Of a DNA stretch of 64,000 nucleotides, positions 60,870 to 64,000 are shown piece after piece; the first letter of the stretch is position 1; each line of letters opens with the position of its first letter. Both the position numbers and the translations under genes were made by a program. The notes under the pieces were generated by a model. The model searched no databases. It saw only the letters and a program-made list of their open reading frames with translations, and was not told where the DNA came from. This stretch comes from an uncultured Spirochaetales bacterium (lineage in GTDB: Bacteria; Spirochaetota; Spirochaetia; CAYRYS01): assembly GCA_964428555.1 (NCBI GenBank), contig CAYRYS010000002.1:1086-65085 (forward strand), written 5' to 3'.

Positions 60870-62003
60870 ATGAAAAATGAGAATAAGAAAAAAACCAACT
60901 GGTTGGCACTAAAAGAAAAGGCTGCTCCATGGATTCTCCTGCTACCCTTTCTTTTTGTGCTGATTGTCTTTTTCGGATACGCTAGTGTCCGTGTTATTTA
61001 TTTTAGCTTTATGGATTATGATCTTTTTAATCCGCCGCAGTTTGTAGGGTTTCAGAATTACATTGATCTAATCGGAGAGTTTCTCTTTACAAAGGCCCTG
61101 AAAAACTCGCTCACCTTTGCAGTGATTGTTACATTTACTCAGACAATATTTGCTATGCTCCTTGCCTTGGCAATGAATCAGAAGCTGAAGGGGATCCGGT
61201 ATTTCCGTACACTCTATTACATGCCGAGCATTACTTCCAGTGTTGTTATTACGCTTATTTTTATGTGGATGTTCCAGAGGCAAGGGCTGATCAATTTTTT
61301 AATTACGCAATTTAATGCACACCTTTTTAATATTGGGATATTCATTCTTTTCGTAGCAGGGTGTCTTTTTCTGTTAAACCTTCTAGATCTTGCGCAAAAA
61401 AGAAAAATGACAATAGTTGACCCTGCATATCTCCTTATTTCCATATTTGTAACTAGTTTGGTGTTTATTCTTTTCAGTAGATTGGGTCTTATTTCACCAA
61501 GAGATATTGAACAGGCGAATATTATTTGGTTCAACACTCGGGAGTCTGTACCCAGCTGGCTCGGCCCTTTTGCGTGGCCCAGGCCTTTGGGCGCAATAAT
61601 GATGCTGAATATCTGGACCACCATACCTACTTTTATGCTTCTCTACCTTGCAGGGCTTCAGGATATTCCTAAGCAGTTGTATGAGGCTGCAGAAGTGGAA
61701 GGCGCCAATGGGTTTCAGAAGTTCTTCTACATAACAGTGCCCCAGTTGAGTAATATTACCTTTTTAGTAGTAACCATGGGGCTTATCGGAACTCTTCAGA
61801 TGTTTGACCAGGTTGCTATCCTCGGTAACCAGGCGCCGCTAGAGTCGGTTGTCACCCTTGCATACTATGTTTATAACAACGCGTTTCCTTCATCTGCTAT
61901 CCCGAATATCGGATTGGCAAGTGCTGCTGCAATTGTACTAGCAATAATTACTTTAACTGTTGTTGTTATTCAGCGCCTAATTCTGAAAGAAGGGAGGGAC
62001 TAG
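60870..62003 (+). CDS. sugar ABC transporter permease (MalF/UgpA-type)
   Basis: GGAGG SD before the ATG at 60870. The EAA-loop region is AAEVEGANGFQKFFYITVPQL. There are extra TM helices between the canonical TM3 and TM4. Confidence 0.9.
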   Translation: MKNENKKKTNWLALKEKAAPWILLLPFLFVLIVFFGYASVRVIYFSFMDYDLFNPPQFVGFQNYIDLIGEFLFTKALKNSLTFAVIVTFTQTIFAMLLALAMNQKLKGIRYFRTLYYMPSITSSVVITLIFMWMFQRQGLINFLITQFNAHLFNIGIFILFVAGCLFLLNLLDLAQKRKMTIVDPAYLLISIFVTSLVFILFSRLGLISPRDIEQANIIWFNTRESVPSWLGPFAWPRPLGAIMMLNIWTTIPTFMLLYLAGLQDIPKQLYEAAEVEGANGFQKFFYITVPQLSNITFLVVTMGLIGTLQMFDQVAILGNQAPLESVVTLAYYVYNNAFPSSAIPNIGLASAAAIVLAIITLTVVVIQRLILKEGRD

Positions 62004-62006
62004 AAA

Positions 62007-63443
62007 ATGAGTAACCCAATTGATAAACGCCACCCTGCGTTTGAAGAAGAAGTAGTAGGAAAAGACAAGGTATCTCATGAAGTTAAACAGAAAATATATG
62101 ATGAGAAAAGACGGAGATGGGCAAATGTTGCTGCTATATATGTGTTCATGCTGTTTATTTCTATTGTATTCATGGGACCATTTGTTTTTGGTGTAATATC
62201 CAGTTTTAAGGATAATGCTAATGAGTATCCTCCAAGGTTAACTGCCGAGCAGCTTAAGGTTAAAAATTGGATTGGTGCATTCTCACTTGCTAGTCAAGCA
62301 GGAGGCAATGGATGGGTAGGTGAGTTTCAGCCTGGGCACACCATTACGATGGAGATGACATACCTGTATCCAGCCGGAAGTCAGGTTAATCCGCCGGAAG
62401 GGACGGTTCCGAGACGAATGCCAGGGTCCGGAAGACAAGCACTGAGGTTAGATCAGGAATTTGCAGCTGATTTTGTTGCAGTTAATGATGCAGTTGAGCT
62501 GGACCGTACTACAGTGAATGAGGGTGTCCAGGTTACATGGGCAATTACTGTGCAGAATAACTCGGATTTGGCATTTCGCCATGTGCCGTTCGATGTTCTC
62601 ATAGATGCTGATGTGGAGTTTGTGGATGCAACACTGCATCCTAATAGAGTTGAGCGGTTGGGAAGGGTTCAAAGTTGGAATAATATTGCTGCAGGAGTGT
62701 TCCCATATATCTTTAAAAATTATAACAGGGTGTTCAGTGAAAATGTCTCTAGACGCACCGGCATTCCCCTCTTTCTTAGCTGGATTTTCAATAGTTTGTT
62801 TCTCTCAGTTTCCCGTATGGTAACTACTGTTCTGTTTGCGTCAATGGCAGGTTTTGCCCTTGCTAAATTCAAGTTTACTGGCGCAAGAGCAGTTTTTTAC
62901 TTAATGCTTTTTTCAATGATGGTGCCTCCACAGGTAATATTTATATCGAACTATTTAGTGCTTAGGGACGGTATTTTTGGAATTACCCAGATATTTGGAG
63001 TGGATAGTCTGTTGAATACTTTTACCGGTTTGATTATATCAGGTTTAGTAAATGCGCCTGCTGTTTTTATTATGAAGCAATTCTTTGAAGGTCTTCCTGA
63101 TTCTATGATGGAGGCTGCAAGGATCGATGGTGCAGGTACTTTTAAGATCTTTTCATCTATCATGCTGCCAATGGCAAAACCTGCTTTAGGTGCAGTAAGT
63201 ATTTTAACATTTCAGGGAGTGTGGAATGAATTTTTCTGGCCCCTTGTTGTTATTACTTCACCTGAAAGTAAGTTTCCACTTACTGTCGGTCTGTTGAATT
63301 TACGGCAAATGTACGGAGCTGGTGCAATGGATTGGGGCCTTATCCTTGCAGGTGCGATTATTTCTGCATTACCGATTGTTATTCTGTTTTTTATATTTCA
63401 AAAGTATTTTGTGGAAGGCGCAAGCTTTTCAGGAATTAAATAA
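62007..63443 (+). CDS. sugar ABC transporter permease (MalG/UgpE-type) with a ~186-aa extracytoplasmic insertion after TM1
   Basis: The EAA loop is EAARIDGAGTFKIFSSIMLPMAKP. At 478 aa it is well above the roughly 280 aa usual for this type. The insertion spans about nt 62202..62760. Confidence 0.85.
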   Translation: MSNPIDKRHPAFEEEVVGKDKVSHEVKQKIYDEKRRRWANVAAIYVFMLFISIVFMGPFVFGVISSFKDNANEYPPRLTAEQLKVKNWIGAFSLASQAGGNGWVGEFQPGHTITMEMTYLYPAGSQVNPPEGTVPRRMPGSGRQALRLDQEFAADFVAVNDAVELDRTTVNEGVQVTWAITVQNNSDLAFRHVPFDVLIDADVEFVDATLHPNRVERLGRVQSWNNIAAGVFPYIFKNYNRVFSENVSRRTGIPLFLSWIFNSLFLSVSRMVTTVLFASMAGFALAKFKFTGARAVFYLMLFSMMVPPQVIFISNYLVLRDGIFGITQIFGVDSLLNTFTGLIISGLVNAPAVFIMKQFFEGLPDSMMEAARIDGAGTFKIFSSIMLPMAKPALGAVSILTFQGVWNEFFWPLVVITSPESKFPLTVGLLNLRQMYGAGAMDWGLILAGAIISALPIVILFFIFQKYFVEGASFSGIK

Positions 63444-63448
63444 AGTAA

Positions 63449-63483
63449 ATTGCCGGAGCTCCGGTTCCGGCAATCCTTTTTCT
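63449..63483 (+). terminator. rho-independent terminator after the ABC permease genes
   Basis: A 9-bp stem ATTGCCGGA / TCCGGCAAT with an 8-nt loop, followed by CCTTTTTCT. Confidence 0.6.
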
Positions 63484-63526
63484 AGGAAAATTGCCGAACA
63501 CACTACAACAATAGAAGGAGCGGAGA

Positions 63527-64000
63527 ATGGGCATTAATTATAATGCAGGAACAGGCAATGAAAAAAATTGGATCATAGAAGAAACAAATTATCGTCCTGA
63601 ATATTCAGGAAAATTCGAAACGATTTTCTCGTTAGGAAATGGATATATGGGCTCGAGGTCTGCCACAGAGGAAGCTTATGCCTGCCAGAGAAAGGGAACC
63701 TTTATTGCAGGCCTGTTTAATGCCTTTCCTGAGGAAGTGACAGAGCTGGTAAATATACCGGATTGGACAAATGCTGAAATTTATATCCGCGGTGAGAGAA
63801 TGAATCTGCTTTCAGGAAAGGTGCTGCATTACTCACGCAGACTGAATATGAAAGCAGGGACAGTTACCAGAAGCTTTACGTGGGTTTCGGCTTCCGGAAA
63901 GGAAACACAGTTTGAATTTGAGCGCTTTCTCTCTCTTGCAGACCTTCATTTAGCAGTACTGAATATAAAAATCCGACCGGTAAATTACTCTGGTGATATA
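63527..64000 (+). CDS. second GH65 disaccharide phosphorylase paralogue, N-terminal fragment (continues beyond the window)
   Basis: GAAGGAGCGGAG SD, then ATG at 63527. The frame stays open to nt 64000. The translation MGINYNAGTGNEKNWIIEETNYRPEYSGKFETIFSLGNGYMGSRS... appears more than half identical by eye to the N-terminus of the 56942 gene. Confidence 0.85.
   Translation, partial: MGINYNAGTGNEKNWIIEETNYRPEYSGKFETIFSLGNGYMGSRSATEEAYACQRKGTFIAGLFNAFPEEVTELVNIPDWTNAEIYIRGERMNLLSGKVLHYSRRLNMKAGTVTRSFTWVSASGKETQFEFERFLSLADLHLAVLNIKIRPVNYSGDI

Noticed and set aside
1-64000. CRISPR arrays, tRNA/rRNA genes, insertion sequences, integrases and prophage or plasmid modules.
   Set aside because: No regularly spaced direct repeats, no cloverleaf-like or rRNA-like stretches in the intergenic gaps, and no transposase, integrase or recombinase motifs appear in any long ORF. 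The scan was by eye only, so short ncRNAs could have been missed.

Overview
This 64-kb window looks like ordinary chromosome. It is moderately AT-rich by eye and densely packed, with about 55 protein-coding genes. I found no rRNA, tRNA, CRISPR array, transposase, integrase or prophage module. The gene content tentatively suggests a free-living Spirochaetia-type organism. That is an inference from a stand-alone second EF-G, many class III cyclases, 7TMR-DISM sensors, an MCP, relaxed lipoboxes and a carD-ispD-ispF-nth operon. It cannot be confirmed without a database search.

The window is unusually rich in signalling genes:
- Four large histidine-kinase-type proteins: one with two kinase cores, one ending in an HPt domain, one with a LacI-type sugar-binding domain, and one with a degenerate kinase module.
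- Three class III nucleotidyl cyclases within 8.7 kb.
- One MCP.
- One stand-alone receiver protein.

Housekeeping genes present are fusA-like EF-G, leuS, ispD, ispF, nth, carD, thrH, a fused DAHP synthase/prephenate dehydratase, and an M24 peptidase. The 3' end holds a disaccharide-phosphorylase (GH65 x2) utilisation locus with an MFS symporter and an ABC importer. A clear promoter with two palindromic LacI-type operators sits in front of the ABC genes.

Best candidates for something not yet described:
1. A convergent two-operon island at 13.2-18.9 kb. It combines a decaprenyl-phosphate-phosphoribosyltransferase-like UbiA enzyme, an extended SDR, GtrA and ArnE/F-like flippase candidates, a GT-C-like polytopic protein and a periplasmic ankyrin lipoprotein. 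This suggests a lipid-linked pentose glycosylation system.
2. A flavodiiron/ODP-like di-metal beta-lactamase-fold domain fused to a class III cyclase, sitting inside the cyclase cluster.
3. A small three-TM protein resembling the DUF5706/Pycsar-TM effector family, translationally coupled to the HPt end of a hybrid kinase.
4. A PtsN-PII fusion protein coupled to a cation antiporter.

All domain calls come from motif recognition by eye. No HMM, BLAST or structure search was run.
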